Below, in pieces: positions 1-12,086 of a stretch of 64,000 bases of DNA (its first letter is position 1; the number at the start of each line of letters is the position of its first letter). The stretch is taken from the NCBI GenBank assembly GCA_965153285.1, contig OZ229111.1; one strand, given 5' to 3'. The notes below the pieces were generated by a model. That model ran no database searches, was not told where the DNA came from, and worked only from the letters and a program-made list of their open reading frames with translations. The position numbers were made by a program, and so were the translations under genes. The DNA comes from Podarcis tiliguerta. Lineage: Eukaryota.

Positions 1-440
1 GATCCCACCAATTAAGGATGTTGGAAAATTCCAATGGAATAGGAAGTGGAAATTGCTGCAGTTTGCATGCTTGTTTGTGGTCAGCAACAGAGATCAGTCA
101 AGCAAATAGTCAATACGCTTTCACAATGTCATTGGTTTTCTTAAGTCCACAGACTTACAAAATGTAGCTGGTTTTTTTTTTATTGCTTTTGATGTATCCT
201 TTATGTTGAAACAAATGTAGGTAACCTACATAATTTATGCTAAAAACCGGATGGCAAGGTGAATAACGTATTTGGCAGGAACCAAACTGCAGTGGAACAG
301 AAACAGTGATGCCCGCAACAGGGAATGGAATGGAAATGGCAGCACTGGCTCTGCCTGTAGCAGGTACTCAGAGTTCTCCGGGGACCCTTGTCAGCGTGCT
401 TAGCGAAAGAGGTTGTGGGCAGTGAGAGGAATGGACTCAC

Positions 441-581
441 CCCAAACATTTGCCGCAGGTCAGGGTCCCGGAAGCGGAAAGGGATGTTGGAAACGTGTAA
501 CCGTTTGGGCTGCTGCTTGTCAGAACCACACTCTGGTGGGTGTAGCGTCTGGTTGTCTGTCTGTGCCGCTTCATCTGTGTG
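441..581 (-). CDS. RBFOX3: RBFOX3 internal coding exon (141 nt, phase 0/0), linker and start of the RRM
   Basis: Translates [47 protein letters not shown]. The [23 protein letters not shown] segment is the invariant RBFOX RRM start, and the linker resembles RBFOX3. Acceptor ttcacccccag| at 582, donor |gtgagt at 440. Confidence 0.96.
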
Positions 582-869
582 CTGGGGGTGAAGGGGAAAA
601 TTAAAGAGAGATTCCACTGTGATCTCACCACTGTTTTGTGCTTGCTTAAGACCATCACTGCCCCTTGCAAAAGCTGGCTGCAGATATATGGGCCGCCTGC
701 AAGAGTGCTAAGTGCTGGGAGTTAGGCTTTGCATGTGGCCATTGGGTTTTGAGTACGTGGTGATATGAACTCAGTAGGTGATAGATGGGGAGAGAGTGCA
801 GCTGCAAACCTTTAACAGCATACACAGATCAGCGGCATATGCAGATAGTTAAGACTGTGAGCTGCTCAG

Positions 870-975
870 ACCTCACTATTCACAGATTCCCTATCTGGCT
901 TCAGGCCTTAACCTTCCCAACTGCAGAATGGGAATAATGACACTGGACTACCTTAGAGGGTGTTCTTAGGGGTTC
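870..975 (+). mobile_element. Degenerate MIR/CORE-SINE-like fragment
   Basis: ccttaaccttcccaactgcagaatgggaataatgacac...taccttagaggg resembles the MIR core. Confidence 0.45.
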
Positions 976-1776
976 TGATCGTTATTACATTTGTGTTCAT
1001 GAGAGAGCAGGATAAAGATTGGTGCCGCCACAACGGTGGGCAGGGACAAACAAAGCGGTCCTGGCTTGACCCCTCTGGGCTTGCATGTGGGTCTGCATGT
1101 GTGCAGCCATGTGGGGAGGCAGAGCTCACTCTCCCCGCTGCGCGGTGGCAAGCAGCCAGCCTGGCACTCAGGGACGGAGGAGCGGCTGGGAACTGCTCAC
1201 TCAGCGCTTCCTCACTGAGCTGCATTACAACCACATCATTGGCACGATGGGATTGGCAAGCAGCCAAGCAGGTAGATTACAAGTGATTAGGGACACAAGG
1301 GGAGCCAGGAAACTTAAGCACTGAGCCACAAATGCCCACGGGGCAGCTGGGGCACTGGCATTGCCTCTGTGAACTTGCCTCCTGCTGCACAAGCCCTCGG
1401 CTCTATTTCAGGCCCAATTCGCCATCCCTTGTTGTCTCTTATCCCAGATAAGCCAGGAGAAGGGTGAGGGGTTTTGATCTGCTGCTTCAGCCCACCTGCT
1501 TGCCTATAATGCTGCCCCTCAGTCTCGAACCAGGACGTTCTGCCTCCCTCCATTTTTTGAGCTGAGACCTCTCCTTGGGCTTTCCAGCTGAGTTTGTGCA
1601 TGGACTGCAGAGCAACCTGGCTTCATACCTGCATCCTTGCAGATAGAATCACCCTCCTCCTCCCCTACCTGACTGCAGGCTTCCTTGAACTGGCCTGAAA
1701 ACCCACTCTGCAGGCCCTCTTCGGGCCAGGGCTGGTCCCCTTTCACAGGTTCTCTTTCAAGCACCGAGTGCCTTAC

Positions 1777-2031
1777 CGGTACTGTTTGTGTGCCGGCTAT
1801 GGATTGCGTGCTGGCGTCGGTGCCCGGCTGTTCGGTGTGGCTCTGTGCTGGCGTGTAGAGAGTCAAGGCATGCTCAGGTACTGTGCTCTGCCCCGAGTAG
1901 TCCTGTGCTGGGTGTGGGTGTGGTGGTGGAGCGTATTCTGCAGGGATGCCATTCTGCGGGGGTGGTGGGTACGTTGCTGGGGGGTAGGGCTGGGCCATTG
2001 CATCAGGCGGAGCCGTGGCGCCCTGGTTGCC
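1777..2031 (-). CDS. RBFOX3: RBFOX3 coding exon (255 nt, phase 0/0) containing the canonical MAQPY start (ATG at 1998)
   Basis: Translates [48 protein letters not shown]...IAGTQTVP, matching the RBFOX3 N-terminus (MAQPYPP) rather than RBFOX1 (MAQPYAS) or RBFOX2 (MVQP). Acceptor tgtctctgcag| at 2032, donor |gtaagg at 1776. In frame with the 441-581 exon across a 1195-nt intron. Confidence 0.96.
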
Positions 2032-2541
2032 CTGCAGAGACATAATAATGAGAGAAACGTGTTGACTCATCGCCTGGAGCTTCATGAGGGGCCAGGAGCG
2101 TTTTCTATGGTCAGGTCCATGGTCCCCTCTTCCCCTCCCAAATGGCTGATACAAGTCCATCCAATGACTCATCGGAGTTGCAGCAATCTTCCCCTCAGTG
2201 CAAGGCTGTAATTGAAGGTGTCTCCTACATGCCACAGTCAGTGATGTGTTGAACCAATAAATAAATAAATCCAAATTCTGCATCATGAAGACGAGGGGGG
2301 CGGGGAAGGGAGTGATGCAAATTGTTAACATCTGCAGGTGTGCACAAATGTATCCTTGCTTTCAGTTAATTTAATTGAAAGTTTTTGACACTGGGAGAAT
2401 TAAAAGGAGAAATGTGCATGACAAATGAAGGCAGGTCAGGTATTTTATAACCTTCTTGTCAAATGACCCATTTTGTATGCCTCTTTATTTTAATGTAGTC
2501 TCCTTTGATTTTGTTGCTATGTTCATAGTATAATTGTACCA

Positions 2542-2682
2542 CAGAATCATAGAATTGTGGAGTTGGAAGGGACCACGAGGTCTTCTAGTTCAACCTTTTA
2601 CAGTGCAGGAATCTTTTTGCCAAAATGGGGACTTGAACCCACAACCTTGAGATTAAGTGTCTCGTGCTCTATTAACTGAGCT
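2542..2682 (-). mobile_element. tRNA-headed SINE with CR1-derived 3' tail (Squam3-like)
   Basis: On the minus strand, a tRNA-like head (agctcagttaatagagcacgagacactt...gggttcaagtccc) followed by the CR1-type tail ccttccaactccacaattctatgattctg. Confidence 0.75.
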
Positions 2683-2820
2683 CTTTGCTTTTAGTTGAGG
2701 TTCAGTACACTACATCAATATATTTCCTTTTGAGTTTATGGAATAGAAATGAGACAACAACAACAAGGGTTGGGAAGCAAAGTTAAAAAGTTGTAAACTA
2801 CAAATAGCTACTCGCTAATG

Positions 2821-2922
2821 CAGGGTGGGAAATCTATGACTCCCATCATCCCTAATTTCTGGCCATGATGGCTGCAGCTGATGGGGGCCAATGTTCAGAG
2901 GGCCACAGGTACCTCACCCTTG
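2821..2922. mobile_element. hAT-type palindromic MITE, degenerate
   Basis: cagggtgggaa...actcccatcatccct...gatggg...gagggccacaggtacctcacccttg; same family as the copies at 56478, 57816 and 58848. Confidence 0.6.
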
Positions 2923-3191
2923 TCCTAATCCTTATAATGCCTGCCAAGCTACTCCCTGACACTGAGAAGGTTTTTTCTCTCTCTATGGTTTACTTTCTAA
3001 GCTTAGGCTAGAAACCTCCAAATTTCTAAAAACAATAGCTGATCGAAACTAGATTCCAGGTTTTCTTCTGGCTATGCTGCAAACACAAGACATGGATACC
3101 TGGCCATGGAGTACCACTAGTTTTTATCCACATGCTTCCTTCTGGCATTTCAGTTTCTCAGAATATATAAATATTTATATGTGTGGGTGTG

Positions 3192-3249
<58 letters not shown>

Positions 3250-3260
3250 TATAGATAGAT
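3192..3260 (+). repeat. Compound (TAGA)n(CAGA)n microsatellite
   Basis: Directly visible. Confidence 0.97.
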
Positions 3261-3607
3261 GCACATATGTATATGGGTAATTGTGTAATACACACATATA
3301 TTTAGATAATTGTGAAAAACAATATTTGCTTCTCTGTATTAACAACTCTCTTGGCCAAAGTGCAGTCATCTTTTGACACATTAAGCTGCAAGGTTCAAAG
3401 GTTATGCTTCAAAACTGAGGCTCTCAAGTGCATCCATGTGTACACATAACCATTGGACCATGATGCCAGCTAGTTCCGTAGGTGTTCTGGCAGGCAGAAT
3501 GGTACAGGAAAATGTGTACATTTCAGCTGTCTCCCCTCTCCAAGCTTCCAGCAGGAATCAAAACAACAAGCCAGATTTCAAAATCGCTAGATTTGTGATG
3601 TCACTAT

Positions 3608-4052
3608 TGTGGGATGTTAGCATCCAGAATGCATAGGTAAAGGGTTAATTGAAAGAGCTGTAGAACTCCATGACCTTCATACACTCTGTGGCAGTTATGG
3701 CAGTTGGTACAGTTATGGCAGTTGGCTGAACCATCTGAACAGTTAGAGCAGCAGTTATGTTGTGTTGTGCTGCTGTCTGCCTCAGAGTATGTCAGCCTGT
3801 AAATGTTAGTCAGTCTTAGATAAAAATCTACCTAAGATGTTTCAGCAACTTAAGTATCATCTACCTGCATTGTATATATTTAGCCAGCAATGACAAGTAC
3901 ACTAAGTAAAAGTTACTTGCTCTTTAAACTTTAAAAGAGAGTGTCTTGTGTAGTTTTTATAGGGGAGGGGAGAGAATGAAAGGGTCAAACGACCCAGGGC
4001 TGCCTTCTGATTACCCCACAAATGGGAACACAAGTCTACCGTAATTCCCACA
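3608..4052 (+). mobile_element. Solo LTR (445 bp) with 5-bp target-site duplication
   Basis: Termini TGTGGGA...TCCCACA, flanked by ACTAT at 3603-3607 and 4053-4057. Internal TATA-like (~3873) and AGTAAA (~3905) motifs. Confidence 0.8.
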
Positions 4053-4953
4053 ACTATCACACCTGAAATGGACCTGAAAACCACACCTGAAAAGGATGTG
4101 GGTTTTCCCCCCCAAGACAGTGTACAAGCAACAAGTGAAGCATACCTGCTTGGATCAGTTTGCCAGATACTGAGTCAAAAGGGGGGGGGGGCGTCTTACA
4201 AATGGACAGGCAACTACCTGCAGTTGCTTCCATGCCAGAGCCAGAGCCCATGCTGAGGCATTGCTTTTCTGTAATTCATTGGAAGTAGAATTAAAACAGA
4301 GGTTCCACACAGCACTTAACAGAGCATTATATTATAAGCAATGCCCTTCTTCATGGTCTACCCCCCCACCTCCATAATGTTTACAATGTCACTAAGTCCT
4401 GCACATGGCTGAGGGGTTAACGATGAAGAGCCTCCCTTAATTTCTCCAGCGTCTGCTACTATACTGAGAAATATGCTGGTGTGACTGGCTCCTACATCAA
4501 GGGTGCAGAACCCCAGGACTGGGGAACAAATGAAGGCTTCCAGGGCTCTAGCCAGCCCTTGGGCCCCTCCCCACCCCCAGGTCACATAACTCACCAGCCC
4601 TGCTCCTTTCTCAAGTGCTTTTGCCTGGCTGGAAGATTATCCATAAGGATGTGCAACCCTCAACGGAAAGCAGCCCCCAACAATGCCTTAGATCCATAGC
4701 AGGAAATCTGACATGGCAGGTGGAAAGGAATGGCCAACACAGGATGGGTAAAGCTTGTAGAGATGTCCCCTACATACTTCCACTTGACCTCTCTTGGGGA
4801 TAGAGAAGAAAGGATAAGTAAAACTGTCCATCATTTGGAGAATAGGTGGTCCCCCACCCAAACATACCAGGTTCTGGTTGGCACAGGTACACACACGGCC
4901 ACAATATCACTTCACTGATTTCAGAGTTGCAAGCTATGGCAACAGTAGGGACC

Positions 4954-5538
4954 AGTCAGGGACTGGTTGGATGCAGAAGAATGGTGGGAGGAACCAGCTG
5001 GGGAACCCCCAAGGAAAGAAGGCTCAGGACCTGGGTATTGCTAGTGGGACAACAATGAGTGAGAAGGGAGAAGACTGGGAAGAGGTGGTGTTGGGAGCTG
5101 AAGAGGTAACAGTGCTTAGTGAGCAGGGAGAGTCTGTGGCAGAGAGAAGCCCAGGATCAGAAGCTGAAGAGGAGGAGGGAGGCAGAGATGGGTTAGGCTT
5201 GTGAAGAGGCATGAGTGTCTCTCTCTCCTGCTATGACAACATACCCTCCTCCTTAGTCTCCCAGAACCAGGAGAGTCCAAGCACATAGGCATGGTCTCTG
5301 ATTGCTTGGAAGAAACCCTGGAGAGGAGGGGACTTAGGTGACTGTGGGGAGGCGGGAACCTTTAGTCTTGGCAACTGCTTCAAGGAGCAAGACCTGATGG
5401 AGATGAGTTGCTGTGCTCATTAGGCCTGACGCTCCTGTGTAGATCTTGTTTTGCTAATAAAGCGTTAACTCGCTTGGTGTAATTTACTGCTGCTCGCTCT
5501 TGTCAGGATCCTCTGGCTCCTCCTGGACCTGGTTAACA
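4954..5538 (+). mobile_element. LTR-like repeat (probable degenerate solo LTR)
   Basis: Purine-rich body beginning (a)gtcagggactgg, AATAAA at 5456-5461, ending ...ttaaca. No clean TSD, so boundaries are approximate. Confidence 0.5.
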
Positions 5539-6815
5539 TGGCAGGCCTCCCTATTTGGCTCACAAGGCCATATCAACCAAGCCTCTCCCATCTGCCTGAC
5601 AACATATGGCACTGCGGTGGTGGTGGTGGTGGGCAGGTAAAGATGCAGCTGAGCCCAAAGACAGTTTGCAGGTCAGGTGATGGGCAGCACCTGCAAAGCA
5701 CTGTGCACACCATTTTGCAACACCCAATGATGAGCTGATCATCAACACTTTGCAGTCTGCTCCTTTGTCTGCATAATTTGATTTCATTGTGACATCTGGT
5801 GACTGACAGGTGGGCGGCTCTGCCCATCTATCAAACATGGCCCGCCAGACAGATCCAGCTGCCCACAGCTGCTATTCATGTGGAAGCAGCATGAAACACC
5901 TTCTGCCTTGTAGCTGTGCCACATGGCAGCCACAAAGTGTCCACCAGCTTGCTACTGGATCTCTCACACTGCGTGGAAGGTCAGCTTCCATGCCACACGA
6001 GCCATTAGGTGATCCTAAAAAATGTCTGGAGAATGGTGTGATTACATTGTCAATGCTAAGGGAGCAACCCACACAATGAAGTGGTCTACGCAATTGCCAT
6101 GTTCAGCAGCTACTAATGCTACCATACACACAAACAAACACTCCTCCTAGACACAATCGTGCACAGAGTTCTCTCCCTCTTCTCTCCCTTGCTCAAAAAC
6201 ACACTGTTTCACACCTCACTGCTCTCTTCTCCCCCACCTCCCATCCGACACCACGTCCCCTGCCTTGTGCTGACAAACAGCCACAAGCCCCTCTGCTAGG
6301 AGCCCAAGTTCTGCTCTCAGATGCTTTATAGCCCTCACACAGCAGTGCCTCTCTCTCTCTCTCCGTTTCTCTCTCCCGGGATGAAATACATCTGCAGCTC
6401 CTGGAGCCGAGACAGGCTCTTTAATTGTGTGTGTGGTTAATTTATGACAAGGCAAGATCACAGTGGGACAGGCTTGGACAGGCAAGCTTTCCTTGCTTGA
6501 ACAGAGAAACCTTTCCACCCCATGCCCTGTCTCAAGGCTGCCCTGTTCCTAACCACATCAAAGGATGCTGCAAGGCCCTCTTCACCTGGGACATGGTGGC
6601 TGGCACAAAAAGCACACAGGGGACAACCATTTTTGAATCAGCAAATTACTCAAGGGTTACTCTGCTTCTTCCTGTACCAAGTCAGCACTCAATCATCCTG
6701 GGGGAATGGGGAGAAAGGGAGACATGCATCTGTTTTACTGGTACTACAGCATCTTAGGACGTTTCATGCCAAACACGTTGTTTACTGGAGAGGAAACAGG
6801 CAATCAGGCTCAAGC

Positions 6816-7416
6816 TGTTACAGAAAGTAGAGTGATCAGACCCAGGGATCTCAGGATCCTGAGTTAGGAGTCTCTGTTGGGGCAAAAATAGGTTATAGAA
6901 ATTTTCTTCAAAATGTGTGGAAGTCCTTGTCATGGTCTGGGATTCTGACCCACCTCAGAGTCAAATGAGAACTCTGACCTGGATGATTAGGCCCCGAAAG
7001 AGCTCCATTAGGCAGTTTCCAACAGAAGCTTCTGCAGAGGAGGAACCCTAACAGATAGGCCTCCATCCCCTGGTTCCAAAGAAGGCAGCTCTGCCCCTTC
7101 TTCAGATGACTCCCCACACCTGAACTACCAGCAGTTCACAATGACTCTTCTTTTCAACTTCTGGGACCAGAAGAGATTCTCCAACCACACGGGAGTGCAC
7201 AACTGTATGACAGGACACAATCTCTTTAACTCCAAGCAGGTTCCATCCAAGGAGGCAGGGCTTCACACAGGCCTTACCCTCAGTTACTGGCCAGTGCTAG
7301 AGCAACACTCCCATCTTCACAATGAGTCCAAGATTCATCCTCATTAGGAAGCTCTACTGGAAGCTCTCCATGGTTCTGATTCTTAGCATTTCTAACACAT
7401 CTCACCACACCTGACA
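6816..7416 (-). mobile_element. Possible LTR-like repeat
   Basis: Bounded by TGTTAC...TGACA, with composition mirroring the 4954-5538 element in reverse. No TSD found. Confidence 0.3.
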
Positions 7417-8064
7417 ATAGACTCTGGCTGAAGACAGGATACTAAATTATGCTTAAGAAACCTACCCTGCCAAATGTGGCACCCTCTAGTTGAGGAGGTT
7501 AAGTTTTGCATGCACTCGCTTGCCCTAACTTGGCAACAGAAATTATGCATCTTGGGCTAATTTGCATAGCATGCTTGATTTGTGCATGTAATACACTTTG
7601 CATAGATGCATAAGCAGAAGGAATACTTAAGATGTTTCTTTAAAAAAGCTCAGCTGGAAAAGTACTGAGTGATAGTAATGGTTATAAAGCTATGATCATG
7701 TTTGTGCTACAATCCAATTTCTGGTGTGTAAATGGCATTGCCATTGTGACTGTGGGAAATGGAGTCCTATGACTGCACCAAGTGCTTTGTTTCCCAGAGG
7801 CAGTAGTTGGTCACCTCTGCCATTTACCTCTCCTAGATTGCTGGAATCCTTATCCAGACTTAGTCTCATCCTATGCCATCAACAAAAACGATTCCTACCC
7901 AGCAAAAACACAGTAGATGTCACATTGTTTTTTTATCTGCAGTCATTGGGTTAGAAAGCAGTGCTTTGAAAAGTAAAAGAATGCTGAGATATCTAGATTC
8001 CCCTATGAAGATTTTCAAAATCTTGAATATATTAGGTTTTTATCTAGCCACTTCCACAGGGAGA

Positions 8065-8335
8065 TAAGAAGATCCCAGATGGATCAGGGCAAAGGTCTGT
8101 CCAGTCCCGCATAACAGTGGCCAACCAGATGCTGATTAGTAACACACAACTGGGACCTGAGTACAGCAATACTCTCTGCTGCTGTGGTTTCCAGCAACTG
8201 GAATTCAAATGCACACTCTAAGAGTGGAGGCAGAACGTCCCCATCATGGCTAGTAGCCATTTATAGCCTTGCCCTTCATAAACATGTCTCTTTTTTTCCT
8301 AAGCCATTCAAGTTAGTGGTCATCACTACATGAGC
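8065..8335 (-). mobile_element. CR1 LINE 3' end fragment
   Basis: aagaag...ggatcagggcaaagg...cagtggccaaccagatgc...ccatcatggctagtagccat: the reverse complement of a reptilian CR1 3' region. Confidence 0.65.
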
Positions 8336-8685
8336 TGGGTCTCCAGTACAATATGTTGACAGCCAGAAGTCTGCAATTCTTCTGCTTAGCGTATGTGTGG
8401 GGTTTTGTGTCAGTGTCACTTGGCTAACCGAGCTCTTACATAGTCCTTCAGCCTGCATTGCCCTTCCAGGTTCTACTGGAGAATGGAGATCCTTAGAAGC
8501 AGCAGCCCTCAGGACTTAAGCCTGCCACTCAGTCCTTGTTAACTCTCATTGGACCTGTTGCCTGAAATTGTGTACAGACTCGGTGGCATCTGAGGTCTTT
8601 GGGGGGTGTGTGTGAAGTTGCTGGTCCCTTTGTGAGCTCCAGCACAGAGGCTGCAGTTACTGAAGGGTTCCTGGTTCTGTGGTCC

Positions 8686-8812
8686 CAGGGCTTTTTTTTC
8701 AGCTGGAACTCAGTCTACATACCTCTCAGGTGGGCATCATTGCCATTATAAGAGAACAAGGGAAGCATTCATGGTGAGTTCCAGCACCCTTTTTCCTAGA
8801 AAAATAGCACTG
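8686..8812. mobile_element. Short non-autonomous DNA transposon (MITE)
   Basis: Imperfect TIRs cagggctttttt ... aaaaatagcactg. Confidence 0.55.
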
Positions 8813-9012
8813 TGAGGTCTTATATTTAGAGGGACTCTGGTGGTTGGACTCAGCCTCAGTTTTGTGTCAGGGCACAGAACCAGAGTCTATTAAGGCTATG
8901 CTTCTGGTTTAATCAATTCCATTAACTCCTCTCCCTCTGAATCAGGAACCAAAGCCACTACTGGATGTTCTGGTCATAACACTGCATATATCATTTTTGT
9001 TGTTGTCCCAAA

Positions 9013-9388
9013 TAAAGGTAAAAGTTAAAAGTAAAGGACCCCTGGACAGTTGAGTCCAGTCAAAGGTGACTATGGGGTGGTGGTGGTGCTCATCTCGTTT
9101 CAGGCCAAGGGAGCTGGCATTTATCCACAGACAGCTTTCCAGGTCATGTGGCCAACATGACTAAACTGCTTCCGGTGCAATGGAACACTGTGACGGAAAC
9201 CAGAGGGCATGAAAGTGCCGTTTACCTTCCTGCCGCAGCAGTACCTATTTATCTACTTGCACTGGTATGCTTTTAAACTGCTAGGTTGGCAGAAGCTAGG
9301 ATAGGGCAATGGGAGCTCACCCCATAGAGTGGATTCAAATCGCCGACCTGATCGGCAAACTGAAGAGGCTCAGTGGTTTAGACCACAG
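9013..9388 (-). mobile_element. Sauria SINE
   Basis: Reverse complement of the 37211 and 52372 copies (gtacctatttatctacttgcac, ctgctaggttggcag, taaaggta tail). Confidence 0.92.
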
Positions 9389-11995
9389 ATCATTTTCTTG
9401 CTTTGTGATTTTCAGACTCCTCTGGCATTCTTAGTATTTTGCCACCCCAGGCAGCCTCTTGGGTAATGCCTACTGGGTTGAGTGTGGGTGTAAAGAGACT
9501 ACAATAAATTACGTGGGCCTGTATGTATGTATAAGTAAACTGCTTGTATTTAACATGGTTAGAAATTAGTAAAATGTGCTTGTTTTCTCACAGAGTAGCT
9601 AAACATTTTTCTGGAAGAAGTTGCATGCATTTGGCGTTTGCTTAGAATATTTTCTTGGTCATTTTAAAGATATTACTCCATGGTGAGCAGGATTTGGGGT
9701 CATATAATGGTATTAACAGTACGTTAAAAATAGTGGTCTTACATAATGCCCTCATTTGTCACCACTGGAATGAATGTATTTGGTGACCCATGGTATTCTT
9801 CCCTCTGCAGGAAACAAAGGCCACAGATTATGGGTTCCTCTGCCTTTAGTGGTACATGAAATACAGTCAACAGTTTCAATAAGAAACTGCCAATTATAGG
9901 CAGACCTTCACAACTGCCCCTAGCTAGAGATACGTTACATTCCAGGAAAAAGGAGTATAAGTTCTGACTCACATGTAGAAACAAACAACAAAAAAACTGA
10001 ATGTTGGGTCACTTGTGAGGAACAGTAGGTGCTCTGCAATTTTCCATAGCTGCATCATCAGCAAGCCATTGTTCAGCAACATCCTCAACAAAAGGATAAT
10101 GCAATATCTAATGTAAAAGTTGGCAGCTTCTTCAGCCCATCAGCTCACTTCCCTACTAACTCTCACTTAGCTGGGCCAAAGGAGTCAAATTAGGTATGTC
10201 CACTGTGGATTTCCAACATTTGAAGACTTTCTCCACCTACTTAATGTATTGCAGAGATACCAAAATTCTGTTGCATCATGCTTCATATGAAATGGGCGAG
10301 AGTAAAAAGGTTTATAGCACCAGTATGCTGATTACTGTGGGCTGGGAAGAACACAGTGCAGGCCTGAGAGGACTTCACAAATCACAATGAAGGTCCATGC
10401 AGGAGGCAATAAAAATACAGCTCCATGGGCTGCTATGTTACCCATTCCTGACCTTAAAAAACATGAAATAAGCTATGAGCACAAAACTGATTTCCTCCTT
10501 GCCACATCTTCACAATACAGGCTCTCATCACTAAGCTCATACATACCAAAAAAGGGTGAAGTATTTGCCAGCTCTACTGATTTTAAAAATGACAGGCGAG
10601 AGACACCCAGGGTTGAGGCTTAAATTGCCATGAAACAGGATTCAAGAGATTAATGCATGATTTACAATTCTTGATAATGTGTCTCAATAATACATTCCAT
10701 CTTAAAACCTACAGAAGTTTTCAAAACTTGGGTCACCAAATAAATGGCAGAATGAGAGGTAATGTGAAGCAGCCTGAAGTCCAAAAACAAAATAAAACAA
10801 TATTGCAATGAAATAATATTTTAATACACCTTAAATTTATTTACCTGGGACTCATCATGAAGTTTCTGACTTCATATAGCAGAAAGCTCCATGCAGGTTT
10901 TATGAAATGAAGAAACCACCAACTAAATGAATTCTCACAAGAAAGCTGCCACTAACACATTTTTCCACCATCTTTCTGCTTATTAATTTGTGGTATGAAA
11001 TGCTGAGAGATACTTTAAATTAAGATCATGTTTAAAAACAACAGCATGCCACCAGGCCATGACATTGCTGTATTTACAGACTGGGCAACAATTTCTCCAG
11101 GTACCTGCAACTTAATCATATAATGGGGAACAGAGTCAGTTTTTAGTTTTATCATTAGTAAGGCAGCCCACAGTTCTTATACATAAATAAAAACTTAGGC
11201 CCAAACAACATGTTGTAAGGTACTGTTTCGGTGCTGTCAACCCACCTCTCCCAACATGTTTCCCTAAATGAAGAATACATGGTATGAAGTAAGAAAATTA
11301 GTATTTCTCCTCCTCCTGCAGGTTAAAGCCAAGTGAAACAAAAGGAAGGTGAACATTAAGGCAATTATATAATATCATATTTCCCACAGCTATACATTAC
11401 TGGAGGGACATGGGGAGAGGGGAGATATAAGCCTTGATTTAAACACAAATCATGCCTACATTTCCTTATTAACCTGGTGAAATGATGCTCAGATCACTAG
11501 AACTAGCACTTACAATACAAAACAGAAATCAAGCTTTGAAGGAAGCTGAACAATCACAGATCATCCAGTCTTCCCAAGAATTACATGACTAGTATTCTGC
11601 CAGACAACAGTACAGGTTGCAACATTAAGATAACCTTTGCCAAATATTAAATAATATATTAAACTCAAGTTCTTGACAATATCACTTCATGATGCAGGTA
11701 GGATGAGGTTCTATTTCTGAATGCTCTCCATATATAAAGTTTCATTCTGATACTATACTGGAACATCTGTAAACTAGAACAACAGAAAGGCTAGATTCTA
11801 ACTATATCTACATCTGATATGCTAAATTACTACAGGGAGCATTATTTTTTTACATGGGGACCCAAGCTGTACAGCCCAAAATTATACTGTCACATTCTAC
11901 ACCTTTCATTTACTATGAAGTGGAGGTTAAAAGTGAGAGGTACAAAACTTTCTAAACCCTCAAAGAAGCAGTGTGACATGCAATAAGAGACAGGA

Positions 11996-12086
11996 GGCTG
12001 CAACGCTACAGACACTTACCTGGAAGTAAGTCCCATTAAACTGAATGGGACTTGCTTCTGAGAAGATGTGGAGAGGAACGCACTGC
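11996..12086. mobile_element. Squamate palindromic MITE-like repeat
   Basis: gaagtaagtcccatt-aaactg-aatgggacttgcttc hairpin; second copy at 62543-62632. Confidence 0.65.

Noticed and set aside
61-440. RBFOX autoregulatory (U)GCAUG cluster downstream of the RRM exon
   Set aside because: I found only an isolated sense-strand GCATG (66-70). The known autoregulated RRM exon lies outside the window.
240-617. 125-aa minus-strand ORF as a complete gene
   Set aside because: Only 441-581 is exon; similarity to the RRM stops at the gtgagt donor.
441-2031. Assignment to RBFOX1 or RBFOX2
   Set aside because: The RRM start is shared by all three paralogues, but MAQPYPP, DYSGQ and TDEAAQTD fit RBFOX3.
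1519-2331. 270-aa minus-strand ORF as a complete gene
   Set aside because: Only 1777-2031 matches RBFOX3 and is bounded by canonical splice sites; the rest is intronic read-through.
12015-12023. Strong minus-strand donor CAG|GTAAGT
   Set aside because: It is part of the palindromic repeat at 11996-12086, not evidence of an exon.
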